Of a DNA stretch of 64,000 nucleotides, positions 49,311-59,444 are shown piece after piece. Position 1 is the stretch's first letter; the number at the start of each line of letters is the position of its first letter. The position numbers and the translations under genes are program-made. Source of the DNA: a bacterium (GTDB lineage Bacteria > Patescibacteriota > Minisyncoccia > Phycocordibacterales > UBA5272); assembly GCA_027482685.1 (NCBI GenBank), contig JAIXVU010000002.1, positions 19,352 through 83,351 on the forward strand, in the 5' to 3' direction. The notes beneath the pieces were generated by a model. That model saw only the letters and a list, made by a program, of their open reading frames with translations, had not been told where the DNA came from and made no database searches.

Positions 49311-49457
49311 TTAACCCCACCCTTTCGAAGCCTTGTGAAGCGCGACGGCGCGGAACAGAGACAATTTCTAGCAAGAAATTGTCGTGCTTTGAAAGGGTGG
49401 GGTTAAAAAGAAAAGAAAATGAAATTAGAAAACGAAATGTGTTACGTATCGAACCAC
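49311..49457 (+). repeat. Hairpin + A-tract + CGTATCGAACCAC element, copy 3
   Basis: TTAACCCCACCCTTTC/GAAAGGGTGGGGTTAA outer stem; GACG and AGCA loops. Confidence 0.7.
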
Positions 49458-49510
49458 GGCAATAGTAAAGCCCATTTTTCAGAAAGCTATTGTATGTTAG
49501 AATACATCCC

Positions 49511-50146
49511 ATGATAATCACTCACTACGGCAAAGAACATTTCAAATTACAAGTTGGAGATTTAACTGTTGCAATTAACCCAGTATCAAAAGATGGCTCT
49601 GGAAAGGTGGCAAAGTATGGAGCTGATATTACACTTATCACTGTCAACCACCCAGACTATAATGGAGCAGAGCAGACAGAACACGGAGAGAAGACACCTT
49701 TTGTTGTTCGTGGTGGGGGAGAATATGAGGTGCATGACGTTTTCATCAAAGGATTCAATACTGTAACAAAGTTAAAAGATGAAAAGAAAGATAAAGACTA
49801 TCAGAATACAAGCTATGTGTTCACATTAGACGGGATACGAGTGACGTTCTTAGGAGCAATCTCTGTAATGCTACAACCTGAGCACAAGTCTGTGATAGAT
49901 GAGACAGATGTACTATTCGTTCCCGTTGGACGAGATGATTTCCTGCTTAATCCATACGATGCGCAGAAGCTTGCGGTATCGCTTGAATCCAAGCTTGTTA
50001 TTCCGATGGATTACGACGAGCAGTCATTACCAATATTTCTAAAAGAAGCAGGAGCAGAAAAGATAGAGCCAGTTGAGAAGTTAACAATTAAGAGGAAGGA
50101 TATCGAGAGCAAATTAGGTGAAGTGGTCCTGTTCCACGAGATGTAA
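49511..50146 (+). CDS. MBL-fold metallo-hydrolase-like protein
   Basis: MIITHYG, ADITLIT..HPDYN, GEYEV, DVLFVPVG and VIPM. Confidence 0.85.
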   Translation: MIITHYGKEHFKLQVGDLTVAINPVSKDGSGKVAKYGADITLITVNHPDYNGAEQTEHGEKTPFVVRGGGEYEVHDVFIKGFNTVTKLKDEKKDKDYQNTSYVFTLDGIRVTFLGAISVMLQPEHKSVIDETDVLFVPVGRDDFLLNPYDAQKLAVSLESKLVIPMDYDEQSLPIFLKEAGAEKIEPVEKLTIKRKDIESKLGEVVLFHEM

Positions 50147-50268
50147 TCTAAAAAATAATACTATCTACTTTATCGATCAGATATTTTTTAAGGTTGCTGC
50201 ACTTTATTCTCTTACTACTTTTTACTAACTACCTACTACTTTCATTTGTTGTATACTAGTTTCTAAGA

Positions 50269-50622
50269 ATGAAAAACTATATCAAGTATATTCGTAGACA
50301 ATCTAAACATATCCAGCATATTCATGCGGCGATTTTTTCTGGAGCCTTAACGACGTTAATTGCAGTTGTTGTTCTGTATGCCGATTACGGATTTTGGCAA
50401 GAAAAGTATGTACGAAATGACACTCTCACAACTGATGAATTAACACTAACCGCTAAGAAAGAAGAACCTAAGATTGACTCACCGGTTGAGACACTTGGTA
50501 AGTTTTTTGAAGAAGCAAAGGTGAGAATAAGTGGAGTGCAGTTATCTAGTGTGCAACTTCTGGAAGGCAAAGAAGTATACATAAAAGACGAGGGTGAGGC
50601 GTCAACGACTAATCAAAACTAA
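50269..50622 (+). CDS. Hypothetical single-TM protein
   Basis: 117-aa ORF with one TM helix, upstream of gyrA. Confidence 0.7.
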   Translation: MKNYIKYIRRQSKHIQHIHAAIFSGALTTLIAVVVLYADYGFWQEKYVRNDTLTTDELTLTAKKEEPKIDSPVETLGKFFEEAKVRISGVQLSSVQLLEGKEVYIKDEGEASTTNQN

Positions 50623-50721
50623 CCCAACAACCTGTAGCGAAGATACCCTATTTATGCTAGAATAATGTTATACAAACACCGACTAAAATTCGGAAAATAA
50701 CACTTATTTCTCTTATCTTGT

Positions 50722-53196
50722 ATGGCTAAAAAGACTACACCACCAGAAGTTCCAAACGAGGTTCCGAAAACAGGGAATGCGCTTAGTCCGGTAAACATCG
50801 TAAGTGAAATGCGCACTGCGTATCTTGACTATGCGATGAGTGTTATTACAGCGCGTGCACTACCGGATGCGCGTGATGGACTCAAGCCAGTGCATCGTCG
50901 TATCTTGTACTCCATGAATAACATGGGTCTTACTCCTGGGGCGAAGTTCCGAAAGTCCGCAACTATTGTTGGAGATGTGCTCGGTAACTATCACCCACAT
51001 GGTGACGCGTCTGTATACGATGCGATGGTGAAGTCTGCGCAGGATTTTTCATATCGTTATCCTTTGGTGTTGGGTCAAGGTAACTTCGGATCAATTGATG
51101 GTGACGGTGCCGCGGCATACCGTTATACAGAAGCGAAGATGTCTAAAGTTTCCATGGAAATGATGCGTGATATTGAAAAGGATACAGTGCTTATGGTGGC
51201 AAACTACGATGGTACAAAAAAAGAACCTCATGTTCTTCCTACTGCAGTTCCTAACCTACTCCTTAATGGAACGCTTGGTATTGCTGTTGGTATGGCAACA
51301 AACATCCCACCACATAACTTAACAGAAGTAGTAGATGCTACAACGCATCTTATTGATAATCCTCACGCTACGACTGAAGAGCTTTGTGAGTACATTAAAG
51401 GACCAGATTTCCCGATGGGAGGTATTGCATTTGGTCAGTCAGATATCCGTGCTGCATACGCGACAGGTCGCGGTGGTGTCGTTGTGCGCGGAGAAGCAGA
51501 GATAGTAGAGACTAAAAGTGGGGCTTTCCAGATTATAATTACGTCTATTCCATTTCGTGTTCTTAAAAGTAACCTGATTGAAAACATTGCAGATCTCGTA
51601 CGTGATAAAAAGATAGACGGCATCAAAGGACTGCGTGATGAATCTACAAAAGATATTCGTGTAGTGATAGATCTAAAGTCTGGTGCGCAACCACAGAAGG
51701 TACTTAACTATTTATATAAGCATACTGAACTAGAAAGCACATTCCACTATAACGTGGTAGCTCTTGTTGATGGTGTGCCACAGACACTCGCGCTTAAAGG
51801 TGCTCTTGAAGCATTTGTTGGGCATCGTAAGGAAGTAGTTCGTCGTCGTACGGAGTTTGATCTCAAGCGCGCTTTAGAAAAAGAACATATCCTCTTGGGA
51901 CTCAAGAAAGCTCTTGATCATATTGATGAAATCATCAAGACTATTCGTGCTGCAAAAGATACACCGGACGCTCACGCGCAACTCATGAAGAAGTGGAGGT
52001 TTTCAGAGATTCAAGCAACAGCAATCCTTGAGATGAAGCTACAGCGTTTAGCTGGACTTGAGCGTAAGAAAATAGAAGATGAGCTAAAGGCAGTCCAAGC
52101 ACTCATTGCAGAACTAGAGGCTATCCTTAAATCCGAGAAAAAGATGCTTTCTATAATCAAGGGTGAGCTTGCTGAGATAAAAGAAAAGTACGGCGATGAG
52201 AGGCGTACTAAGATAGTGAAGCACAAGGCAAAAGAGTTCAATCCAGAAGATTTAATTCCAGATAAAGAAGAAGTATTGGTCTATACATCCGGTGGGTATG
52301 TTAAACGTACTGACCCAAGTGAGTTCCGTACACAGAAACGCGGCGGAGTAGGGGTGGTTGATATGAATACAAAAGAAGAGGATTTCGTCACGATGTCTCT
52401 CACGACGTCGTCACACAGCGATCTACTATTCTTTACTGACAAGGGTAAGGCGTATCAGATCAAGATGTATGATCTTCCAGAAGGTAAGCGTGCAACACGT
52501 GGTAAGAGTATTATGAACTTCCTCCAGTTATCAGACGGTGAAAAGGTAACAAGTATATTACCGATGCCTAAAGACATGAAAGAAATGAAAGGGGTATCGC
52601 TTATGATGATAACGAAAGATGGTACAGTGAAGAAATCCGCTGCTGAGAGCTTCAAGGATGTACGTCGTAATGGACTAATTGCCATTAAGCTAGATGGTAG
52701 TGATGAACTACTTGCTACAATGTTTGTTCAGAATGAGGACTCAGTTATCTTAACAACACAAAATGGTCAGTCTATACGATTTGCTCACACCGATGTCCGT
52801 GAGATGGGTCGTACCGCAGCTGGTGTTATTGGTATGAAATTAGACAAGGGTGATGTGATAGTGGCAGCAGATAAGATACTAGGCGGAGCAAAAGGTAACG
52901 AGCTCCTAATCATGACAGCTAATGGGTATGGCAAGAAGACTAAGATATCTGAATACAAAATACAAAAGCGTGGTGGTAGCGGTATCAAAACTGTTAAGGT
53001 AACAGAAAAGACTGGCAAGTTGATGGTGGCGCGCATCGTAACAGGTGAACAGGAGGAATTACTTGCGGTATCTAAGGACTCACAGGTTATTCGTACAGAA
53101 GTATCGTCAATTCCAACTCTTGGGCGTGATACGCAAGGTGTGCGTATTATGAAACTTCGTGACGGGGATTCTGTCGCTTCCTTTAACCTCCTATAA
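50722..53196 (+). CDS. gyrA: DNA gyrase subunit A
   Basis: [22 protein letters not shown] and GyrA-box QKRGGVG. Confidence 0.98.
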   Translation: MAKKTTPPEVPNEVPKTGNALSPVNIVSEMRTAYLDYAMSVITARALPDARDGLKPVHRRILYSMNNMGLTPGAKFRKSATIVGDVLGNYHPHGDASVYDAMVKSAQDFSYRYPLVLGQGNFGSIDGDGAAAYRYTEAKMSKVSMEMMRDIEKDTVLMVANYDGTKKEPHVLPTAVPNLLLNGTLGIAVGMATNIPPHNLTEVVDATTHLIDNPHATTEELCEYIKGPDFPMGGIAFGQSDIRAAYATGRGGVVVRGEAEIVETKSGAFQIIITSIPFRVLKSNLIENIADLVRDKKIDGIKGLRDESTKDIRVVIDLKSGAQPQKVLNYLYKHTELESTFHYNVVALVDGVPQTLALKGALEAFVGHRKEVVRRRTEFDLKRALEKEHILLGLKKALDHIDEIIKTIRAAKDTPDAHAQLMKKWRFSEIQATAILEMKLQRLAGLERKKIEDELKAVQALIAELEAILKSEKKMLSIIKGELAEIKEKYGDERRTKIVKHKAKEFNPEDLIPDKEEVLVYTSGGYVKRTDPSEFRTQKRGGVGVVDMNTKEEDFVTMSLTTSSHSDLLFFTDKGKAYQIKMYDLPEGKRATRGKSIMNFLQLSDGEKVTSILPMPKDMKEMKGVSLMMITKDGTVKKSAAESFKDVRRNGLIAIKLDGSDELLATMFVQNEDSVILTTQNGQSIRFAHTDVREMGRTAAGVIGMKLDKGDVIVAADKILGGAKGNELLIMTANGYGKKTKISEYKIQKRGGSGIKTVKVTEKTGKLMVARIVTGEQEELLAVSKDSQVIRTEVSSIPTLGRDTQGVRIMKLRDGDSVASFNLL

Positions 53197-53197
53197 A

Positions 53198-53318
53198 GAA
53201 CGTCATAAATTGCGAGACTATTTTGTCGCATAGATTTTTTTCAGTCACTGTACGTTTAAGCACATCTCCTTCAAAAAATATCAAAGACTTCGCGTGTTCT
53301 CATCAATTTTTGACGTTC
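53198..53318 (+). repeat. 3'-UTR structured repeat, copy 2 (after gyrA)
   Basis: Outer stem GAACGTCA/TGACGTTC; core GTCACTGTAC..GCACA.CTCCT. Confidence 0.55.
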
Positions 53319-53402
53319 ATACTACTGCAAACCCAAGCATAGTGCTTTGAAATTACTTCTTTTCCACTATTAACTATCAACTATTAACTATATACTAGTT
53401 CT

Positions 53403-53927
53403 ATGTCATTCCTCACGCCACGTCAGCTTGTACAAGAACTATACATCAAACCAGGTGACAGAGTCGCTGATCTTGGCTGTGGTACCGGAGTCTATACTAT
53501 AGAACTTGCTCATGCTGTAGCTGAGATCGGGCAAGTTTTTGCAGTTGATGTACATCGTGAGGCACTTCATACCCTAGCAGGTACTCTTGATAAACAGTCC
53601 ATCCAAAATGTTGAAATGATATGGGCGGATCTAGAGAAGGCTATACCGATTGATGCCTACAGCCTGGATGCGGTAGTGGTGTCTAATATACTTTTTCAAC
53701 TACATGATATTGATGCAATGCTCTCTCATGTTGCAAAGTTATTAAAGCCAGAAGGGCAGATGCTTGTAGTTGAATGGAGTCATTCTCACGGTGGTATTGG
53801 TCCACATGCTGATCATGTGGTAAGTGAGCAAAAAGCTGAAGCGCTTGTCCAAAAGCATGGCTTCAGGCTCCTCAAACGTCTGCCTGCTGGGGATTATCAT
53901 TATGCATTTATCGCACTTTCCTTATAA
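53403..53927 (+). CDS. Class I SAM-dependent methyltransferase
   Basis: VADLGCGTG, FAVDV and LKPEG. Confidence 0.9.
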   Translation: MSFLTPRQLVQELYIKPGDRVADLGCGTGVYTIELAHAVAEIGQVFAVDVHREALHTLAGTLDKQSIQNVEMIWADLEKAIPIDAYSLDAVVVSNILFQLHDIDAMLSHVAKLLKPEGQMLVVEWSHSHGGIGPHADHVVSEQKAEALVQKHGFRLLKRLPAGDYHYAFIALSL

Positions 53928-53936
53928 AATATAACT

Positions 53937-55241
53937 ATGTTACGTAACATTATCCTTGGTGTTGGAGTCTTTGCAGCATTATTCTCTATTCTAATCTTTT
54001 CTGGAAGAGTTCCTTTTGGAGGTGGGGATAAAGCCAACGTACCAAAAGGAGATGTAAACGTCTGGGGAACACTACCATCAGCTGTGATGGCTCCAATTAT
54101 TCAAGTCTTTAACCCTCAAGCAAAGACATACAAAGTTGTGTATCGTGAAGTCCCGGAAGAGATGTTTGCTTCCTATCTTCTTGAGGCTTTAGCCAACGGC
54201 ACTGGGCCAGATGTTATCATGGGTCCGCATGAGCTCATACTATCTCAATCAGCGCGTATCTATCCTTTTCCGCTAAGCTCGATGCCAGAGGCTACGTTTA
54301 GACAGAGTTATGTTGACGGGGCGCAAGTATTCCTTACTCCAAGTGGTGCTATTGCATTACCTGTTGCTATTGACCCTATGGTGCTTTTTTATAATAGACG
54401 TATTTTTTCTAAGGAAGGTGTAGTGAATCCTCCAGTATATTGGGATGAAGTAACATCACTTGTTCCTAAACTTACAAAAATTGACGATAGCGGAGCTTTT
54501 ATTCAGTCGGGGATAGGTCTTGGTGCAGCGACTACACCGTACTCAAAAGATATTCTTATGGCAATCGTTGGTCAGTTAGGGCAAGTGCCTCTTCTTAGAC
54601 AATACGCTGCAGATACAAGTACTTATGTAACGGTAACAGCAAATACCCCAGTACAAAAAGATGGTAATGTGAAGCCTCTTTCTGATGCGCTTCGTTATTT
54701 TACACAATTTGCTGATACCGCTAAGACAACGTATACATGGAATGATTTTGCAGGCCGTGCGGACGATCAGTTCGTCGCAGAAAAGCTCGCTATGTACCTT
54801 GGTTATGCTGGTGAGTATGATGTACTTCGTGCACGTAATCCAAAAGGAGATTATGGAATGGCAACATTTCCACAAACACGAGACTATAACACATTTGTTA
54901 CTGGAGGAAAGCTCTACGGTATAGCAACGCTTAAGAACACACGTAATCTTCTAGCTTCGCTTACTGTCCAGTCACAGTTTGGAGGGCCAGCCGTTGCGCA
55001 AGCGTTAGCTACAGGTTTTGGAGGAGTACCTGCGCTACGAGCGTATGCAACAACTCCTGGAATAGATCCAGTTATCGCAAAGAGCATGCTCGTGACTAGT
55101 CCATGGTACGATATCTACAAAGACCGTTCTAGTCAGTTAGTAATGACGATGATAGCAGATGTTGTAAATGGTCGTGCGGGGCCGACAGATGCTGCGTCAG
55201 CATTTGTAGCTCGATTGCAAGATCTCTATACTACCAAGTAA
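53937..55241 (+). CDS. Membrane-anchored sugar-type extracellular solute-binding protein
   Basis: VWG, ALANGTGPD, ALP..D.MVLFYN and P..WDE. Confidence 0.85.
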   Translation: MLRNIILGVGVFAALFSILIFSGRVPFGGGDKANVPKGDVNVWGTLPSAVMAPIIQVFNPQAKTYKVVYREVPEEMFASYLLEALANGTGPDVIMGPHELILSQSARIYPFPLSSMPEATFRQSYVDGAQVFLTPSGAIALPVAIDPMVLFYNRRIFSKEGVVNPPVYWDEVTSLVPKLTKIDDSGAFIQSGIGLGAATTPYSKDILMAIVGQLGQVPLLRQYAADTSTYVTVTANTPVQKDGNVKPLSDALRYFTQFADTAKTTYTWNDFAGRADDQFVAEKLAMYLGYAGEYDVLRARNPKGDYGMATFPQTRDYNTFVTGGKLYGIATLKNTRNLLASLTVQSQFGGPAVAQALATGFGGVPALRAYATTPGIDPVIAKSMLVTSPWYDIYKDRSSQLVMTMIADVVNGRAGPTDAASAFVARLQDLYTTK

Positions 55242-55250
55242 CACAATACC

Positions 55251-56114
55251 ATGAACTATTTTTTGAAATTACTCGGTGTAAGTTTCTGTATAAGTTTTAT
55301 TATTCTTGGTAGTTTTGCTATAGGTACTCCTACTCGTGTCTATGCTCAGAGTGGCCCGTCGCTTTCAGGAGATGATGTGTGTGGGAGTTCATCTTCTACA
55401 AAATGTACTTTAGATGACGGGAAGAGAATAATTCGCGCTTTTGTTACTAACCTTGTTATCCCTATTGGTCTTACCCTTCTTACTGTGTTTATTATTTTAC
55501 GTATTCTCATGGCACAGAAAGCTCTTATGGAAGGAAATGCTAATGCGTACAAAGAAGCAAGCAAGAAGATTGCAAACGCTATCGTCAGTTTCGTTGTTAT
55601 TGTTGCGGTTATTGGTGGGTTAGCACTTGCAATCCTAAGGTTCTTAGGAGTAGAAGATACATTCACGTTCCTTTTATCGTATGAGACTACACCATATTCT
55701 CAAGTTTTTGTTAATGCTTTTGTTTCAACGGCATACGCCCAAGAACCAACCTGTGGCCCTGGTGCAGGTAGTACATGCCTTAACAATCCTGTAGGTATAA
55801 CTAGTCTGTATGATTTTATTTTAACTGTGGTTAGGCTTTTTATAAGATGGTTCGTTTTTCCAGCGATTATCTTCATGTGGGTATTTACTGGCTTTAAGTT
55901 CGTAGCTGCACAAGGTAGACCAGACGAGATAGTGAAAGCAAAGAAATGGTTGCTCTGGGGTATTATTGCAACCGTAGTCGTTGCTCTTACTGAAGGGTTC
56001 TTGTTTGCAATTCGTGGAACAGTGAATGCAATTCTACCAGGAGCAGCAGTTAATATCATAGACTACGGTACTATACTTGCGACAGTGATTTCAACTATTA
56101 CTAGGTATTTATAA
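55251..56114 (+). CDS. Tandem two-unit TrbC/VirB2-like pilin
   Basis: Two repeats of xYAQ + Cys pair + TM-(G..e...KA.K)-TM. Confidence 0.7.
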   Translation: MNYFLKLLGVSFCISFIILGSFAIGTPTRVYAQSGPSLSGDDVCGSSSSTKCTLDDGKRIIRAFVTNLVIPIGLTLLTVFIILRILMAQKALMEGNANAYKEASKKIANAIVSFVVIVAVIGGLALAILRFLGVEDTFTFLLSYETTPYSQVFVNAFVSTAYAQEPTCGPGAGSTCLNNPVGITSLYDFILTVVRLFIRWFVFPAIIFMWVFTGFKFVAAQGRPDEIVKAKKWLLWGIIATVVVALTEGFLFAIRGTVNAILPGAAVNIIDYGTILATVISTITRYL

Positions 56115-56191
56115 TGTACTATGATTATTTTCATAGCTGAACATAGTAATTATAGGTAGGCTCTGATACACTTTGTGATGTAATTATATAT

Positions 56192-56923
56192 ATGATAAAA
56201 AAATATCTACAAAATAAACGTGCACTATCTATCGGTATAGTCTTTGCTTTAGCTTTACCTACACTCCTTCATGCACAAGGGGCTGCTCAAACACAAGCAA
56301 CGGGAGCATTCGGGTCACTTGCTGCAGTGGTAGATAATTTTACTAACACGGTGGTTGCGGCTCTTGGCTCGCTCTTTGTTGCGGCGGGTACAGTAGCGTT
56401 CTTTTATGGAATGGTGCAGTATATATGGGGAGTACGCCAAGGAGATGCGGGTAAGGCAAAGGTTGGTAATAGTTTCATGGTGTGGGGGCTAGTTGGTGTG
56501 TTTGTCATGGTCTCTGTGTGGGGAATAGTGTATTGGTTCCAGAGTATATTCGGTATCCAAAATCAGAATAACATTGTTATCCCGCGTATTCAGATTGGAG
56601 GAGCTCCGCAAGCTAATAGAGGTGCCACCCCAGCCCAGCCTCTAGGATCTCCAGGAGCTACAGCACCGAGTAACGCTGGAGCAACACCAACGAGCTGTGC
56701 AGGTCTTCAGCCGGGGTCAGCGTGTAGATTACGAGATGGTTCTACAGGTTTTTGTACCGCTTCAGGGTGTATGTCTTCTCCCCCGACCGGTTCGGCAGCA
56801 AACGATCCGAATGCTATATGTCGAACGTGGGGCCCTGGAACTGGGTGTACACTAAATGGACAGCGAGCAGTGTGTACGGCAAACAATATCTGTGCCTTTG
56901 AGGACCAACTAATGGGTCCATAA
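56192..56923 (+). CDS. TrbC/VirB2-like pilin with Cys-rich C-terminal repeats
   Basis: LHAQ, FFYGMVQYI..G...G..FMVWGLVGVFVMVSVWGIV. Confidence 0.75.
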   Translation: MIKKYLQNKRALSIGIVFALALPTLLHAQGAAQTQATGAFGSLAAVVDNFTNTVVAALGSLFVAAGTVAFFYGMVQYIWGVRQGDAGKAKVGNSFMVWGLVGVFVMVSVWGIVYWFQSIFGIQNQNNIVIPRIQIGGAPQANRGATPAQPLGSPGATAPSNAGATPTSCAGLQPGSACRLRDGSTGFCTASGCMSSPPTGSAANDPNAICRTWGPGTGCTLNGQRAVCTANNICAFEDQLMGP

Positions 56924-57015
56924 TTTTTTTATATGGCAATTGTCCACAGGGAATCCCTTAATTACTTGCAATAGGTCTGAAAGGGGATATACTTATAATT
57001 ATACACAATAAATAT

Positions 57016-57438
57016 ATGAAAAAAGCTTTAATCACATTATCACTTCCACTTGTTACCGTAGGAGCTGCACTCGCGCAGATTCAAGGAGCAATCACTAATC
57101 AGACAGGAACAGGTTCTGTTGCAGGACAGGGTCTAATCAACCTTATCAATACAGCACAAACAATTCTTAGTCTTCTTGTTCCACTTTTTATTGGTGTTGC
57201 GGTTATTGTATTCTTCTACTTCCTTGTTAAGTTTATTACCCAAGGAGCAGAGTCTGGAGATAAAAGATCAGAAGCTATTAAAGGAATGGCGTTTTCGGTT
57301 CTTGCGCTTTTCGTAATGGTATCTATCTGGGGTCTTGTCGGACTGCTCGGGTCATTCGTCGGTGTTAATCAAGGAGGTAATGTCCCTGCACCTGGTATCC
57401 CTGTACCATGTGGTGGCGCAACAGGACGTCCTTGCTAA
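57016..57438 (+). CDS. TrbC/VirB2-like pilin
   Basis: ALAQ, FFYFLVKFI...KRSEA...LFVMVSIWGLV. Confidence 0.75.
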   Translation: MKKALITLSLPLVTVGAALAQIQGAITNQTGTGSVAGQGLINLINTAQTILSLLVPLFIGVAVIVFFYFLVKFITQGAESGDKRSEAIKGMAFSVLALFVMVSIWGLVGLLGSFVGVNQGGNVPAPGIPVPCGGATGRPC

Positions 57439-57461
57439 GTATATTTTCTAAAGATTAAAGC

Positions 57462-57493
57462 AAACAAAACTCTCTGTCTAGAGAGTTTTGTTT
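57462..57493 (+). terminator. Intrinsic terminator
   Basis: AAACAAAACTCTCT..AGAGAGTTTTGTTT plus T-tract. Confidence 0.7.
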
Positions 57494-57551
57494 TTGTGAG
57501 AATATAACTGTCATGTATACTTGTTATTATAATCACACGTGCAACATCGCC

Positions 57552-57908
57552 ATGACATCACTATCTTCTAGAATAAAAGAAAGCATCAGCTTCATTTGTC
57601 TCTATCTCACAACAGTAACTCTTTCATTTGCGCAAAATCTAAATAGTATTGTTATCGACGGAGAAACACTTTTTGAACGTGTTGTTAATGAGATACTTAA
57701 CCCAATCTATCAGTTCATGGTTGCTATTGCAGCATTGTATTTTCTTTATGGTGTTGCGAAGTTTATCTATGATCTTAATGACCCAGAGAAGAAAAATTTT
57801 GGGAAGAGTCACCTTCTCTATGGGATGATAGGAATGTTCATTATACTTTCAGTCGGTGGAATACTTCCATGGTTAAACGGCATCATTGGTGGAATGTTCC
57901 AGTATTAG
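57552..57908 (+). CDS. TrbC/VirB2-like pilin
   Basis: SFAQ, YFLYGVAKFI...GKSHLLYGMIGMFIILSVGGI. Confidence 0.75.
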   Translation: MTSLSSRIKESISFICLYLTTVTLSFAQNLNSIVIDGETLFERVVNEILNPIYQFMVAIAALYFLYGVAKFIYDLNDPEKKNFGKSHLLYGMIGMFIILSVGGILPWLNGIIGGMFQY

Positions 57909-58013
57909 AGTACGGGCTAGAGAGTTAGGGTTTAGAGGATAGAGAAAAGCTGAAGCCAAAGGCTTCAGCTTTTCTAGTTTACTAACCCCTAGCCCCTAAA
58001 CACTAACCCCTAG
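57907..58013. repeat. Inverted heptamer arrays around a GC hairpin (CC-AAA-GG)
   Basis: TAGRGNN units, hairpin 57943-75, then ACCCCTA/GCCCCTA/AACACTA/ACCCCTA. Confidence 0.75.
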
Positions 58014-58034
58014 GTGTGTTAGAATAAACAAACT

Positions 58035-59429
58035 ATGCCAGAAAACATACCAACATCTAAGAATGCATCACGCATGGAAGCTATCGTCTCACTCTGTAAG
58101 CGTCGAGGGTTCATTTTTCAAGGGTCTGAGATATATGGCGGACTCGCGGGAACTTTTGATTATGGCCCATATGGTGTGCTACTTAAGCGTGCAATAGAGA
58201 ATGCATGGTGGGATTTCTTTGTTACTCGTCGTGATGATATGTATGGACTAGATGCAAGCATCATCTCAAGTGAGAAGATATGGGAGGCAAGTGGTCACCT
58301 TACCGGCTTTACCGATCCTCTTGTAGAAGATACAAAGACCAAGAAAAATTACCGCGCAGACCATATTATAGAAGATGCTGGGCATGTTGCAGTGGGATTA
58401 ACTCCAGAGCAAATGTCAGCGCTTATTCGTGAGAAAGGTATCAAGAGTCCAGATGGTAATGAGCTAGGAGAGGCGAAGACATTTAACCTCCTCTATCCAG
58501 TACAGATGGGGGCATCTTCGGGGACAGCGTCTACCGCATATCTTCGTGGCGAGCTTGCGCAAGGGATGTTCACCAATTACAAGAATGTAATGGATAGTGT
58601 TCATCCTAAGCTTCCTTTTGGACTTGCTCAAGTAGGTAAGGCATTTCGTAACGAGATAGCACCGAGAGATTATACTTTTCGTACACGTGAGTTTAACTTG
58701 ATGGAGTTTGAATATTTCTTTGACCCACGTCTCGGCAATTGGCAAGAGTTGTTTGAAATGTGGCGTACAGAAATGTATACATGGATGGATCATGTTGGTA
58801 TCAAGAAAGACATGACACACGAGATAGAGAAGCAGGGACCAGATCTCGCGCACTACAGTAAGCGTACTATTGATATTGAGTTTGATTTTCCTTTCGGGCA
58901 GAAAGAGTTGTATGGTCTTGCATATCGTACTGACTATGATCTTACACAACATCAGGCTCATAGCGGTATTTCACATGCATATGTTGATGATACAACAGGT
59001 GAGAAGTTCATTCCACATGTACTTGAGCCGACGTTTGGTATTGATAGAACAATTCTTGCGGTACTCACAAGCGCGTATAATGAGGAAGTTGTAGGGGAGG
59101 GAGATACACGTACAGTGTTACGCTTCCAACCACGTATCGCGCCAGTTCAGATTGCAGTGCTTCCTCTTTCAAAAAAAGAAGAACTTACCAAACCTGCACA
59201 AGAGATAGTTGCCATACTCCGTAAACTATTCCGTACATCATATGATGAGACACAGTCAATCGGTAAGCGTTATCGTAGACAGGATGAGATAGGGACACCA
59301 TACTGTGTGACGGTTGATTTTGATACACTTACTGATAACGCAGTTACTGTGCGAGACCGCGATACCATGGAGCAGGTGCGTATCCCAGTTGCGGAGCTTG
59401 CGACATACTTTACTTCTAAAATTTTGTAG
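58035..59429 (+). CDS. glyQS: Glycine--tRNA ligase (homodimeric type)
   Basis: LCKRRGF, DYGPYG, WEASGH, YLRGELAQG, FRNEI and IGKRYRRQDEIG. Confidence 0.97.
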   Translation: MPENIPTSKNASRMEAIVSLCKRRGFIFQGSEIYGGLAGTFDYGPYGVLLKRAIENAWWDFFVTRRDDMYGLDASIISSEKIWEASGHLTGFTDPLVEDTKTKKNYRADHIIEDAGHVAVGLTPEQMSALIREKGIKSPDGNELGEAKTFNLLYPVQMGASSGTASTAYLRGELAQGMFTNYKNVMDSVHPKLPFGLAQVGKAFRNEIAPRDYTFRTREFNLMEFEYFFDPRLGNWQELFEMWRTEMYTWMDHVGIKKDMTHEIEKQGPDLAHYSKRTIDIEFDFPFGQKELYGLAYRTDYDLTQHQAHSGISHAYVDDTTGEKFIPHVLEPTFGIDRTILAVLTSAYNEEVVGEGDTRTVLRFQPRIAPVQIAVLPLSKKEELTKPAQEIVAILRKLFRTSYDETQSIGKRYRRQDEIGTPYCVTVDFDTLTDNAVTVRDRDTMEQVRIPVAELATYFTSKIL

Positions 59430-59444
59430 TATACTTCTAGGTAT

